The notes beneath the pieces were generated by a model, which was not told where the DNA came from, did not search any database, and saw nothing but the letters and a program-made list of their open reading frames with translations. A stretch of DNA of 64,000 nt, taken from the NCBI GenBank assembly GCA_963665665.1, contig OY762428.1, positions 2,976,001-3,040,000 of the forward strand. The letters run 5' to 3'. Of the stretch, positions 39,795 through 50,719 are shown one piece after another (the first letter of the stretch is position 1; every line of letters begins with the position of its first letter). A program made the position numbers and the translations under genes. The DNA comes from Candidatus Kapaibacterium sp. Lineage in GTDB: Bacteria > Bacteroidota > Ignavibacteria > Kapaibacteriales > UBA2268.

Positions 39795-42566
39795 ATGAAC
39801 AATAAAAGGAAACTTTTCCACACACTATTAGCATTTGCTATTATATTGAATATTATTCCGGGCTATGCCGCTGAAAAAAAGAAATTTAATTTTGAAGATG
39901 TCCTGAAATTCAGGGCTATTGAAAATGCGAAACTATCGGAGGACGGCGACTGGCTGATATATAATACCGCTCCCGACATTGGGAATAAGGAAATGGTTGT
40001 TAAGAAAATAATGGATTCCACCATTGATTTTCATGTTGAAAGAGCATCCAATCCAATAATATCAACAAATAATAAGTGGGTTGCAGCAAAATATAATCCT
40101 GATTTTATCAAGCTTGCCAACTCTGCAAAGGGCAAGGCACCCAAAAGCGGAATGCTGCTGTTGAACACTTCCACCGGGGAACAAATTATTAAAAAAGACA
40201 TAGCTTCATTTGAATTTTCCGGCAATTCTGAATGGCTTATCTACAGCCCCTATCCTGATAAAAACGACAAAGAGGAAGCCCCTGAAAAATATAAGATGAA
40301 GAAGATAGGATCTGAACTTGTTATGCATCACCTTGGAAGTGGTACGGAAATAATTATTCCAGGCGTAACAGAGTATTATGCAGACAGTTCATCAACTTTT
40401 ATTTTCTATGCAAGATCAGAAAGAAATGCTGATTCCGATGGTATTTATTACCGTAGCCTGAAAGAAGGATATTGCCCCGAAAGGCCGATACAAAAAATGG
40501 AAAATCATCTTTTTTCCAATCTAACATGGAATAACGCCACGGGCAGGCTGGCATATCTTTCGGCAGGGCTTCAGGATGACGGCAAACCATATAAAGCCTC
40601 GCTCTGGTTCTGGGATTCAAATGAAAAATCAATTATATCTGCAATTACTATGAGCGGCGTAGGGGAGGGCAATTATATTCCTTCAAAAAATAAACTGGCA
40701 TGGTCCGAGGACGGCGGAATTATTTTTGTTGGTACGAAACCGGATGCAGAAAGATACCAGGATGATGAAACCAAAATTATATTCAATAAAGAAAATATTC
40801 TTAATCCTGACAGCATTACTGCTTCGGCTGACCTTGATATCTGGCACAATAACGACCCGTTGATAAAAACAAATGAAAAGAAAACCTGGCCCGGGAAAAG
40901 GGACAGGTTCTATTATGGTGTTTATCATGTTGGTGATTCCCGGTTCGTTCAGCTTGCAGCGCCTGATATGTCGGAAATAATCACAACGGATAATCATAAT
41001 TATACTATTGGTTTTGCAGATGCTCCATACCTGAAGGAGATACAGTGGGACGGTTGGTACAGGGATTTATACCTTGTAAACCTGAAAACAGGAAACAGAA
41101 AATTATTAGAGAAAAGAATATATGACCACGCTTCAATTTCGCCGCTTGGAAAATTCGTGGCTTATTATAATGATAAACAATGGTTCCTTTACGATGTTGC
41201 AAAGGATTCACTCTTGAATATTACAGAATCCATTGGCCTTCCGTTTCATGATGTTGACTGGGACATTCCGGCACCCGCGCCATCTTATGGTTTTCTTGGG
41301 TGGTTCGAAAACGATGATGCTTTTTGTGTTTACGACAAATTTGACCCCTGGATGTTTCTCACCGGAGACGGGTATAGTAAATTTTGTATGACTTTGGGCG
41401 AAGGAAGAGATATTGGGGCTAAGTTCCGCGTTATCAAAACCAGGAAAAACAGGAAGTTTATTTCTTCAAAGGACAGCCTCTATCTTGAAGCATTTAGTGA
41501 AAAAAATAAATGGCAGGGGATTTATATTCATGAAACATGGATTCAGGGAATCAAGGAATATATTCGCGATCCGAATTATCAGTTTAACCTGCTGGAAAAG
41601 GTGGAAAACAGGGACAGATTTTTATATACTCGTGAATCTTACGATGAATTCCCTGACCTGTGGATAGGCGACGGTGAATTCGACCGCCTGACACGAGTAA
41701 GCAATTTGGATAAACAACTTGAACCTTTTTCCTGGGGGAAGGCTGAACTTACTTCGTGGAAAAACGGAAGAGGCCAGGACTTGCAGGGAGTTATTATCAA
41801 GCCGGACAATTTCGAAGAGGGAAAAAAATACCCGGTATTGATTTACTTCTATGAAAGATTTTCCGACAGGCTGCATCAGTTTGTTATGCCGAGGATAAAC
41901 CACAGGCCATGCTACCCGTTATATGTCAGCGATGATTATATAATGCTGTTGCCGGATATTAAGTATGTTTCCGGAGATCCGGGAACCGACGCAACCGATG
42001 CACTTGTCAGGGGAGCGCAGCATTTAATTGATATGGGAATCGCAGATCCGGACAAAATTGCCATACAGGGGCACTCATGGGGCGGATATGAATCTGCTTA
42101 CATTGTTACCAGAACCAATATGTTTGCGGCATGTTGCACGGGAGCTCCTGTTGGGAACATGACAAGCGCTTACAGCGGTATCAGGCTGGGGACAGGCTTG
42201 AGCAGGCAATTCCAGTACGAGAAATGGCAAAGCCGAATCGGGGGCAATCTCTGGGATTCACTTGATAATTATATTCGGAACTCACCTGTGTTCCAGGCCA
42301 GGACAATGAATACGCCAATGCTGATCATGTTTGGCGACAATGACGAAGCTGTGCCATGGGAACAGGGTATAGAACTTTATCTTGCTTTTCGCAGACTTGA
42401 TAAAAATGCCCTGATGCTGCAATATAGAAATGAGCCGCATCACCCGAAAAAGATGAGGAACAAACTTGATTATGCTATTAAAATGAAAGAATTTTTTGAT
42501 CATTACCTGAAAAATACAAAAATGCCTGAATGGATGGAAAAAGGGATTCCCTACAGGGGTGAATAA
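39795..42566 (+). CDS. S9 family prolyl oligopeptidase-like serine peptidase
   Basis: Signal peptide, beta-propeller, GHSWGGY, FGDNDEAVPW, NEPHH. Confidence 0.92.
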   Translation: MNNKRKLFHTLLAFAIILNIIPGYAAEKKKFNFEDVLKFRAIENAKLSEDGDWLIYNTAPDIGNKEMVVKKIMDSTIDFHVERASNPIISTNNKWVAAKYNPDFIKLANSAKGKAPKSGMLLLNTSTGEQIIKKDIASFEFSGNSEWLIYSPYPDKNDKEEAPEKYKMKKIGSELVMHHLGSGTEIIIPGVTEYYADSSSTFIFYARSERNADSDGIYYRSLKEGYCPERPIQKMENHLFSNLTWNNATGRLAYLSAGLQDDGKPYKASLWFWDSNEKSIISAITMSGVGEGNYIPSKNKLAWSEDGGIIFVGTKPDAERYQDDETKIIFNKENILNPDSITASADLDIWHNNDPLIKTNEKKTWPGKRDRFYYGVYHVGDSRFVQLAAPDMSEIITTDNHNYTIGFADAPYLKEIQWDGWYRDLYLVNLKTGNRKLLEKRIYDHASISPLGKFVAYYNDKQWFLYDVAKDSLLNITESIGLPFHDVDWDIPAPAPSYGFLGWFENDDAFCVYDKFDPWMFLTGDGYSKFCMTLGEGRDIGAKFRVIKTRKNRKFISSKDSLYLEAFSEKNKWQGIYIHETWIQGIKEYIRDPNYQFNLLEKVENRDRFLYTRESYDEFPDLWIGDGEFDRLTRVSNLDKQLEPFSWGKAELTSWKNGRGQDLQGVIIKPDNFEEGKKYPVLIYFYERFSDRLHQFVMPRINHRPCYPLYVSDDYIMLLPDIKYVSGDPGTDATDALVRGAQHLIDMGIADPDKIAIQGHSWGGYESAYIVTRTNMFAACCTGAPVGNMTSAYSGIRLGTGLSRQFQYEKWQSRIGGNLWDSLDNYIRNSPVFQARTMNTPMLIMFGDNDEAVPWEQGIELYLAFRRLDKNALMLQYRNEPHHPKKMRNKLDYAIKMKEFFDHYLKNTKMPEWMEKGIPYRGE

Positions 42567-42671
42567 TTTCAGGTAACCGATATTTGTGCAAATTGCCAGG
42601 CAACATTAATTTTTTAAAAAAAGCAATGATAGCCGGATCTAAGAACAATTTGCCATGGGCATTTTTCAAAA

Positions 42672-42710
42672 AAAAACCTTCCGAAGTGTATAATTCTTCG
42701 GAAGGTTTTT
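42672..42710. terminator. Bidirectional intrinsic terminator between convergent genes
   Basis: AAAAACCTTCCGAAG-loop-CTTCGGAAGGTTTTT. Confidence 0.8.
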
Positions 42711-42738
42711 AAATCTTAATAACTATTTCAGGCAGAAA

Positions 42739-43467
42739 TTATATCGAAGTTTCGTAACCGGCATCTTTCATTTTCTGGTCACGCGCTTCTTTAATAAGAA
42801 CTTCTGCAATGTGCCTGTCCATGGGTGTTGTAATTTTCAGGTTATTATCATCGCCGTCAATTACCTGTACTTTATAGCTCATGAATTCTACAAGTGATGC
42901 ACTGTCAGTACCGATAAATCCTGCTTTGGTTGCATTCACATAAGCATTGTAAATAAGTTCCTGCCAGAATCCCTGCGGAGTTTGTACCATTTTCAGGTAT
43001 TCGCGGCGCATTGTTTTTAGAACAGTACCCTGCTTTGTAACTTCCTTGATAGTTTCCTTTGGAGATAGTGCCGGAATAACGGCTCCGAATTCTTCTGTTT
43101 GTTCAATGATTTTCTTTACGAGTGCCGGAGTGGCAAGAGGCCTGACAGCATCGTGTATAAGAACGATATCGGATGATTCTGCCGAGGCTGTTTCCAGGCC
43201 GTTTAGTACTGAGTGCTGCCTTGTTTCGCCGCCTTCAATTATTTCCCTGACTTTTGTAAGCTTGTACTTAATTGCCATTTCCCGCATTTTATTAATGTAT
43301 TCCTCATGAACCGGCAAAACAACATGTTCCACTTCAGGGCACATTTCAAATATCCTGATAGTATGAACAATTACTGGAGCGCCGTCAATTTCGATGAACT
43401 GTTTGGGAATGTCTGCCCCAAACCTGCTGCCGACGCCTGCTGCCGGTATTATCACACTTGTTTTCAT
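42739..43467 (-). CDS. ispD: 2-C-methyl-D-erythritol 4-phosphate cytidylyltransferase
   Basis: IIPAAGVGSRFG...PKQF, GGETRQHSV, LIHDAVRP, QTPQGF, NLKITTP. Confidence 0.95.
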   Translation of the reverse strand: MKTSVIIPAAGVGSRFGADIPKQFIEIDGAPVIVHTIRIFEMCPEVEHVVLPVHEEYINKMREMAIKYKLTKVREIIEGGETRQHSVLNGLETASAESSDIVLIHDAVRPLATPALVKKIIEQTEEFGAVIPALSPKETIKEVTKQGTVLKTMRREYLKMVQTPQGFWQELIYNAYVNATKAGFIGTDSASLVEFMSYKVQVIDGDDNNLKITTPMDRHIAEVLIKEARDQKMKDAGYETSI

Positions 43468-43483
43468 TTTTCTCCTTTACAAA

Positions 43484-44794
43484 TCATGGTTGATATTTAT
43501 ATTTTTCCGTTACTGTCATTGGCCTTGCCAGCCTGAAATCCCCGAATCCGGTATTGTCCACGAAAATAAATTCCCTGTTTTGCTGGTAAATCCATTTTTC
43601 ATAAGTTCTTCCGTCTCCGTATCCTGAATATCTCTCGCTTTGCAATGGTTTTCCGAATATTACAAAAACCATTCCCTTATCTGTCATCCATCCTTCCGTG
43701 TAAGCTTTAAAGCTGTTATTAGCATATTCAATCCTGGAATAAAACTGCTCGAAAGCTTCGTTCTTTTCCGTACCGGGGCTTGGATCAAGTTTTTTCCAAA
43801 AAGATTCGAACCTGGATTGCTTTTCATCTATGTCAGCGGCTTCTTCAATAAAGTCAATATCATCGCTGTATGCAACATAGCGCAATTGTTTAATAGCTTT
43901 TTCCAGGTCGTTCATAACCATTAAGCCAACTGTTCTTATAACTTTAATCGACCGTCTGGCAACTGCCGCCGCAATTAGGGAGTCAGGGTTTAAAGTATCG
44001 CTTCTGCGATAAGCAGTCAGCTGCAGGGTATAAGCTCCCATTTTTAATTTATTTGTATTTTCAATCCTGACAAATTCCCTGTTTACCCCTTTTTCCAGAT
44101 TGAAAGGCTTGCTTTCTCCTTCCTGAATTATCATATCATCGGTGTTTAGTATCTGGTATTTTATTTCAATATTTTCTGCCTGCATGCGGTTATACACTTC
44201 AAAGAAGGCAAAGAATCCGCTTTCCAGGTCTCCAATATTATCATTGGGATGTGGGGTGATTACATATCTGTCATTTTTCTTTTCGATGGAACTTACAATC
44301 AGGATGCCGCTCATTGACAGATCATAAACATCAAAATCCAAAACAGAAATGGTGCGGGAACGGCTGTAGTCTTTTCCGGCACTAAGGTCGCTCATTTCAC
44401 ATTTTATTTTGTAAGTACCAACAGGCAGCTCAAAAATTGTTTGTGAATAATCAAACTCGGCATTTCCACCCTGGCTTTTGTCATAACTGTCGAGTTTCAT
44501 TCCTCCCTTAATATGCTTTGAATCAACAATGGAACCGTCATCATTGAAAACAGCAATGTTCATATCATATCTTGCACCGTATATATTGCCAGATTTGACA
44601 AAACGAAGTGATTTTGCGGGCACAATAGTATAAACGTCCACCCTGGCCTTGCCGGGTTCTTCCGAATCAAACACCACTGCATCGAAAAAAAATGCCCGGA
44701 CATCTTTTTGTTTAAGATTGTCCCGGGCAATTATATCGTTTGCCGTGGTAAAAAGTAATGCTATTATTAGTAATTTAACTTTCAGTTTATCCAT
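43484..44794 (-). CDS. GWxTD domain-containing protein
   Basis: FWKKLDPSPGTEKNE...RIEYAN..F...EGWMTDKGMVFVIFGKP. Confidence 0.9.
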   Translation of the reverse strand: MDKLKVKLLIIALLFTTANDIIARDNLKQKDVRAFFFDAVVFDSEEPGKARVDVYTIVPAKSLRFVKSGNIYGARYDMNIAVFNDDGSIVDSKHIKGGMKLDSYDKSQGGNAEFDYSQTIFELPVGTYKIKCEMSDLSAGKDYSRSRTISVLDFDVYDLSMSGILIVSSIEKKNDRYVITPHPNDNIGDLESGFFAFFEVYNRMQAENIEIKYQILNTDDMIIQEGESKPFNLEKGVNREFVRIENTNKLKMGAYTLQLTAYRRSDTLNPDSLIAAAVARRSIKVIRTVGLMVMNDLEKAIKQLRYVAYSDDIDFIEEAADIDEKQSRFESFWKKLDPSPGTEKNEAFEQFYSRIEYANNSFKAYTEGWMTDKGMVFVIFGKPLQSERYSGYGDGRTYEKWIYQQNREFIFVDNTGFGDFRLARPMTVTEKYKYQP

Positions 44795-44889
44795 CTGTTT
44801 TCCGTTTTTGCATTTACGAAACCTGTAAAATTAACAATACTCTGTTAATTATCTGTTATTTTGACGCATTTTTTTTCAAATTGTTGAAA

Positions 44890-45618
44890 TTAATTTTTAA
44901 AAACAGAATAAATCACCAATCCGCTCATTAATTCTTTAATATCATCTCTAAGTTTTTTTATATCATTCTTTCTTGTGAAAACAGAAGCCTGAATTGTTCC
45001 GAAATATCCTGAAACATAATAATTGACATATACCATCGGCCCTGATTTTAAGGTGGCTTCCATTTCTACGGCAAGCATTTTTATTCCGTTTACCCATATT
45101 TCTTCTTCTTTGGTAAATTTGGTATCCGGGGCTGCCATTTTGTAATTTTCCAGAGCCTGGTTCTTCAGGCTGTCCAGGGATATTCTGTTTTTATTAAAAA
45201 TTGTCAGGCCGAAAGCTGATTTGGCTTTATTTAAAAATTTCAGGTCAACCTCGGGATTAGGGCTTTGCCCGTCATTTACATCCCATTTGTCAAGGTTTAT
45301 CCATAATCCGTAGGGGCCTTTTTTACTTTCCAGCAGGAAATCAGAACTTGCCGGTTTGGAAACAATAGTAGCAGTGCTGTCTGTCGGGGTAAAATATCCC
45401 CATGTGCTATCCGGATACAGGATAAGCATTTCTCCGGACTTCAGAAGAACAGTGTCGGCTTCAGGAATTACCGACCATGTGTTGTCGGTTCTTAAAAGTG
45501 CTTTTTTGCCGTTTTTAAGTGGTATTATTCTTTCCTGCGATATTGTTCCCGAAGTGATTAAGAAAAGGCTGAAAATCAAAACCAAGATTGTTTTATTCAA
45601 ATTTAAAGTTTGTATCAT
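44890..45618 (-). CDS. Exported hypothetical protein
   Basis: Signal peptide and a duplicated N-terminal motif (LKNGKKALLRTDNTW / LKSGEMLILYPDSTW). Confidence 0.7.
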   Translation of the reverse strand: MIQTLNLNKTILVLIFSLFLITSGTISQERIIPLKNGKKALLRTDNTWSVIPEADTVLLKSGEMLILYPDSTWGYFTPTDSTATIVSKPASSDFLLESKKGPYGLWINLDKWDVNDGQSPNPEVDLKFLNKAKSAFGLTIFNKNRISLDSLKNQALENYKMAAPDTKFTKEEEIWVNGIKMLAVEMEATLKSGPMVYVNYYVSGYFGTIQASVFTRKNDIKKLRDDIKELMSGLVIYSVFKN

Positions 45619-45833
45619 AATGATTTCATGATGGAAATTTAACAACACGAATTTTGCAATTTAATTTATTTTTTTGGTTTTTCCTTTTCTTCTCTATATT
45701 TTATTGCATATTTGCATTTAAAGCCATATTTTTGGCTGGCAAAGTGAACAAACCGCTACGAACAAATATTATCGCTCGGCAATATAGATTTTAACTCTTT
45801 AACATATATTTTAATTATCCCCGAGGTGTAATT

Positions 45834-48101
45834 ATGATCTTTGATCTTGATATGATTAAAGCCCACTACGCGAATTTTGCCGACAAAGTGAATAAAGCAC
45901 GCGACGTGGTTGGCAGGCCGATGACGCTTGCCGAGAAAATTCTTTATGCTCATTTATTCGATCAGAATGAATTAAAAAGCTTCAAAAGAGGCGAAGACTA
46001 TGTTAACTTTCACCCGGACAGGGTAGCGATGCAGGATGCAACCGCGCAGATGGCGCTCCTGCAATTTATGCAGGCTGGCAGGCCCCGGGCTGCAGTACCT
46101 TCCACAGTGCATTGCGACCACCTGATACAGGCTAAGGTTGGAGCTGAAACCGACCTGGCAGTAGCAAAAGATACAAATAAGGAAGTATATGATTTCCTCT
46201 CATCAGTATCAAATAAATATGGTATCGGATTCTGGAAACCCGGCGCAGGTATTATCCACCAGGTAGTGCTCGAAAACTATGCTTTCCCCGGCGGAATGAT
46301 GATCGGCACAGATTCGCACACTGTTAATGCCGGCGGCCTGGGAATGGTGGCAATCGGCGTTGGCGGAGCAGATGCTGTTGACGTAATGGCAGGTATGCCC
46401 TGGGAATTGAAATTCCCCAAACTTATCGGCGTGAAACTTACCGGTAAGATGAGCGGCTGGACTTCTGCAAAGGACGTTATACTTAAAGTTGCAGGAATCC
46501 TAACCGTTAAAGGCGGTACCGGAGCAATTGTAGAATATTTCGGGCCGGGAGCTGAATCAATTTCCTGTACGGGCAAAGGTACAATATGCAATATGGGCGC
46601 CGAAATCGGAGCTACAACCTCTACATTTGGTTTTGATGACAAGATGTATGATTATCTTGCTGCAACAGGCCGAAAAGAAGTTGCCGATATGGCGAGGGAA
46701 ATCGGCTCGTATCTTACAGGCGACGATGAAGTTTATGCTCATCCGGATGATTATTTCGATGAATTGATCGAGATAAACCTTTCTGAACTTGAGCCTCATA
46801 TCAATGGGCCGTTTACACCCGACCTTGCTACTCCGATATCAAAATTTGCAGAAGCAGTAAAAGAAAATGACTGGCCGGAAAAACTTGAAGTAGGGCTAAT
46901 CGGTTCCTGTACTAACTCATCCTACGAGGATATTTCTCGTGCTGCCTCGCTTGCACAGCAGGCAGTAGATAAAAACCTGAAAGTAAAATCAGAATATACT
47001 ATCACTCCGGGTTCCGAACTGGTTCGCTACACAATCGAACGCGACGGATTTATAAATATATTTGAAAAAATTGGCGGAGTGGTTCTGGCAAATGCCTGCG
47101 GCCCCTGCATTGGACAATGGGCAAGGCATGGCGCCGATAAAAAAGAAAAAAATGCAATTATAACATCATTCAACAGGAACTTTGCCAAGAGAAATGACGG
47201 CAACCCGAATACACACGGATTCGTGGCTTCGCCCGAAATGGTTACTGCCATGGCAATAAGCGGTAGTATGCTGTTTAATCCCATGACTGATAAACTAATG
47301 AATGAAAACGGCGAAGAAGTTATGCTGGACGAGCCGACAGGCGAAGAACTCCCCGCAAAGGGATTCGATGTTGAAGATCCGGGATACCAGGCTCCTGCAG
47401 ATGACGGCAGTGGTATTGAAGTTGTTGTTAGTCCGGAATCCGAGCGTCTTCAGATTCTTACTCCGTTTGCCCCATGGGACGGAAAGGACTATACCGGCCT
47501 GAAACTATTGATTAAAGCTTTCGGAAAATGCACAACTGACCATATTTCAATGGCCGGCCCCTGGCTAAGGTTCCGCGGCCATCTGGATAATATTTCCAAT
47601 AATATGCTTACCGGTGCTGTTAATGCATTCAACAAGGAAACAAACAAGGTTAAAAACCAGCTTTCCGGCGGGTACGGTGGTGTTCCTGATGTACAGAGGG
47701 AATATAAAGCTGATGGTATTGCATCCATAGTTGTTGGCGATGAAAACTACGGCGAGGGTTCCTCACGTGAGCATGCCGCCATGGAACCAAGGCATCTTGG
47801 GGTGAAAGTTGTTCTGGTGAAATCATTTGCAAGAATTCACGAAACAAACCTTAAAAAACAGGGTATGCTTGGAATTACTTTCGAAAACAAGGACGATTAT
47901 GATAAAATCCTCGAAGACGATACTATTGATATTAAAGGCCTTGCAGAATTTGCTCCGGGTAAACAGTTAACTGTTGTGCTTCATCATAAGGATGGCAGCG
48001 TGGAGGAATTCCAGGTTAACCATACATATAACCAGTACCAGATAGAATGGTTTAAAGCAGGTTCGGCGCTGAATCTTATTCGTAAGCAATTCGGCGGCTG
48101 A
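45834..48101 (+). CDS. Aconitate hydratase (mitochondrial-type)
   Basis: [64 protein letters not shown]. Confidence 0.96.
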   Translation: MIFDLDMIKAHYANFADKVNKARDVVGRPMTLAEKILYAHLFDQNELKSFKRGEDYVNFHPDRVAMQDATAQMALLQFMQAGRPRAAVPSTVHCDHLIQAKVGAETDLAVAKDTNKEVYDFLSSVSNKYGIGFWKPGAGIIHQVVLENYAFPGGMMIGTDSHTVNAGGLGMVAIGVGGADAVDVMAGMPWELKFPKLIGVKLTGKMSGWTSAKDVILKVAGILTVKGGTGAIVEYFGPGAESISCTGKGTICNMGAEIGATTSTFGFDDKMYDYLAATGRKEVADMAREIGSYLTGDDEVYAHPDDYFDELIEINLSELEPHINGPFTPDLATPISKFAEAVKENDWPEKLEVGLIGSCTNSSYEDISRAASLAQQAVDKNLKVKSEYTITPGSELVRYTIERDGFINIFEKIGGVVLANACGPCIGQWARHGADKKEKNAIITSFNRNFAKRNDGNPNTHGFVASPEMVTAMAISGSMLFNPMTDKLMNENGEEVMLDEPTGEELPAKGFDVEDPGYQAPADDGSGIEVVVSPESERLQILTPFAPWDGKDYTGLKLLIKAFGKCTTDHISMAGPWLRFRGHLDNISNNMLTGAVNAFNKETNKVKNQLSGGYGGVPDVQREYKADGIASIVVGDENYGEGSSREHAAMEPRHLGVKVVLVKSFARIHETNLKKQGMLGITFENKDDYDKILEDDTIDIKGLAEFAPGKQLTVVLHHKDGSVEEFQVNHTYNQYQIEWFKAGSALNLIRKQFGG

Positions 48102-48130
48102 TTCTCAAAACAGTTCTAATATATAATTAC

Positions 48131-48165
48131 ATCGTCCGGTGATCTTATTTCGCCGGACGATTTTT
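48131..48165 (+). terminator. Intrinsic terminator after aconitase
   Basis: ATCGTCCGGTGA-loop-TCGCCGGACGAT followed by a T-run. Confidence 0.8.
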
Positions 48166-48320
48166 GTTTGTTAATTTCTGTTGAAATTAAATGATGTTAC
48201 AGGAATAAGATATCATTACTCTGAAAAAACATTATGAGAATAATGGCGTAAATTAACATGTCGGATTTATTAATAATTGTTACTGTATCAATAAATCTGA
48301 ACAATAAAATATTATCATGC

Positions 48321-49814
48321 CTGACCTCCCCAAACCCCTCTCCTTCGGGGAAGTTGCCACACCTCGTGTGTTTGGGAGGTGTCAGAAGCTAAGCACCAAT
48401 GTTCGAAGATATTTCCGCCCTGGTCGGAAGCAAAGAAAGAAAACCACCCCTGTATTCCCCTCCTCCGCGAGGAGGGGATAAGAAGTTAAATATCATAGAA
48501 TTAACTCCTCATCCTTCCGAAGGAGGTGGCCGGGGGGAGGTAGGAAGGTTCGGAAGCAAAGCACCAATGTTCGAACCTATTGCAGCCTTATTCTTCTTCA
48601 AAGCCCGCCCCTTCGGGGAGGGTTTGGGAGGGGTCAGGAATATTGCAGCAATGTTTTGCTTTATTGCTGCCTTGTTCGGAGTCATTGCCGCCCTGGTCGG
48701 AAGCAAAGCAAGAAAACCACCCCTATATTCCCCTCCTACTTTAGGAGGGGATAAGAAGTTAAATATCATAGAATTAACTCCTCATCCTTCCGAAGGAGGT
48801 GGCCGGGGGGAGGTAGGAAGGTTCGGAAGCAAAGCACCAATGTTCGAACCTATTGCAGCCTTATTCTTCTTCAAAGCCCGCCCCTTCGGGGAGGGTTTGG
48901 GAGGGGTCAGGAATATTGCAGCAATGTTTTGCTTTATTGCTGCCTTGGTCGGAGTCATTGCCGCCTTGTTCCGAAGCAAAGCAAGAAAACCACCCCTATA
49001 TTCCCCTCCTACTTTAGGAGGGGATAAGAAGTTAAATATCATAGAATTAACTCCTCATCCTTCCGAAGGAGGTGGCCGGGGGGAGGTAGGAAGGTTCGGA
49101 AGCAAAGCACCAATGTTCGAACCTATTGCAGCCTTATTCTTCTTCAAAGCCCGCCCCTTCGGGGAGGGTTTGGGAGGGGTCAGGAATATTGCAGCAATGT
49201 TTTGCTTTATTGCTGCCTTGGTCGGAGTCATTTCCGCCTTGTTCCGAAGCAAAGCAAGAAAACCACCCCTGTATTCCCCTCCTCTGCGAGGAGGGGATAA
49301 GAAGTTAAATATCATAGAATTAACTCCCCCTTCTTCCGAAGGATGTGCCCGGGGGGAGGTAGGAAGGTTCGGAAGCAAAGCACCAAAGTTTGATGATATT
49401 GCCGCCCTGGTCGGAAGCAAAGCAAGAAAACCACCCCTGTATTCCCCTCCTCCGCGAGGAGAGGATAAGAAGTTAAATATCATAGAATTAACTCCCCCTC
49501 CTTCCGAAGGAGGGGGGCGGGGGGAGGTAGGAAGAGTCTATGGTAATGCACCGATGTTCGAACCCATTGCCTCCTTATTTTCCATCAAAGCCCTCTCCTT
49601 CGGGGAGGGTTTGGGAGGGGTCAGAGTCATTGACGCCTTGGTCGGAGTCATTGCCGCCTTGTTCCGAAGCAAAGCAAGAAAACCACCCCTATATTCCCCT
49701 CCTACTTTAGGAGGGGATAAGAAGTTAAATATCATAGAATTAACTCCCCCTCCTTCCGAAGGATGTGCCCGGGGTGAAGTAGGAAGGGTCGAAAGCAAAG
49801 AACAAATGTTCTAA
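48321..49814. repeat. Higher-order tandem array of REP-like hairpin modules embedded in degenerate 21-mers (6 copies of the main module)
   Basis: AAACCACCCCT starts at 48441, 48714, 48987, 49260, 49428 and 49680 (spacings 273, 273, 273, 168, 252). Confidence 0.92.
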
Positions 49815-50171
49815 GTCATTGCCGCCTTGTTTGAAGATAATGAACTCTTGGTCGACACTATTGCAGCAATGTTTTGCTTTATTGATGCCTTGTTCGAAGC
49901 TATTGCAGCAATGTTTTGCTTTATTGCTGCCTTGGTTGAAGATAATGAACTCTTGGTTGAAGCTATTGCAGCAATGTTTTGCTTTATTGCTGTCTTGGTC
50001 GGAGTCATTGACGCCTTGTTCGGAGTTATTGCTGCCTTGTTCAGAGTCATTGCTGCCTTGTTCAGAGTTATTGCTGCCTTGTTCGGAGTTATTGCTGCCT
50101 TGTTCAGAGTCATTGCTGCCTTGTTCAGAGTTATTGCTGCCTTGTTCGGAGTTATTGCTGCCTTGTTTGAA
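49815..50171. repeat. 21-bp minisatellite, family 1 (GTYATTGCTGCCTTGTTCRGA-like), 17 units
   Basis: Counted directly in 21-bp register from 49815. Confidence 0.92.
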
Positions 50172-50183
50172 GATAATGAGTAA

Positions 50184-50519
50184 CCTCAATAAGGTCAAAC
50201 AAGTCCTCAATAAGGCTAAACAAGTCCTCAGTAAGGCTAAACAAGTCCTCAGTAAAGTCAAACAAGTCCTCAGTAAAGTCAAACAAGTCCTCAGTAAAGT
50301 CAAACAAGTCCTCAATAAAGTCAAACAAGACCTCAGTAAGGCCAAACAAGACCTCAGTAAGGCCAAACAAGACCTCAATAAGGTCAAACAAGACCTCAGT
50401 AAGGCCAAACAAGACCTCAATAAGGTCAAACAAGACCTCAGTAAGGCCAAACAAGACCTCAATAAGGCTAAACAAGTCCTCAATGAAGCCAAATTTCACT
50501 ACATTAAGGCCAAACAGTA
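50184..50519. repeat. 21-bp minisatellite, family 2 (CCTCARTAARGYYAAACAAGW), 14 units plus 2 degenerate
   Basis: Counted directly. Reads L(N/S)K(A/V)KQ(V/D) on the + strand. Confidence 0.92.
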
Positions 50520-50719
50520 GTTCAATACCACCGGCCAGGGCAGTTTAAAGCTTTACCAATAAAGCAATTAGCCCAAACATTTGGATTCTGGTTCAAAACA
50601 GCGTTGAAGTAAGGGAATTATCCGGTTCATTGAAACCACAGGATAGGGAATTAAGTCCGGCGGCCTGTTCATTTGGGTGGAAGAACGGGTAAACTGAGCA
50701 AAAGAATGAGGTGTTATGT

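Noticed and set aside
45730-45790. Possible riboswitch or iron-responsive element upstream of aconitase
   Set aside because: No recognisable conserved motif or convincing stem by eye. An Rfam search would be needed.
48399-49814. 471-aa ORF across the higher-order repeat array, and its antisense ORFs
   Set aside because: It is a translation of palindromic REP-like DNA, kept open because unit lengths are multiples of 3. There is no RBS or recognisable domain. Not called as a CDS, although coding is not excluded.
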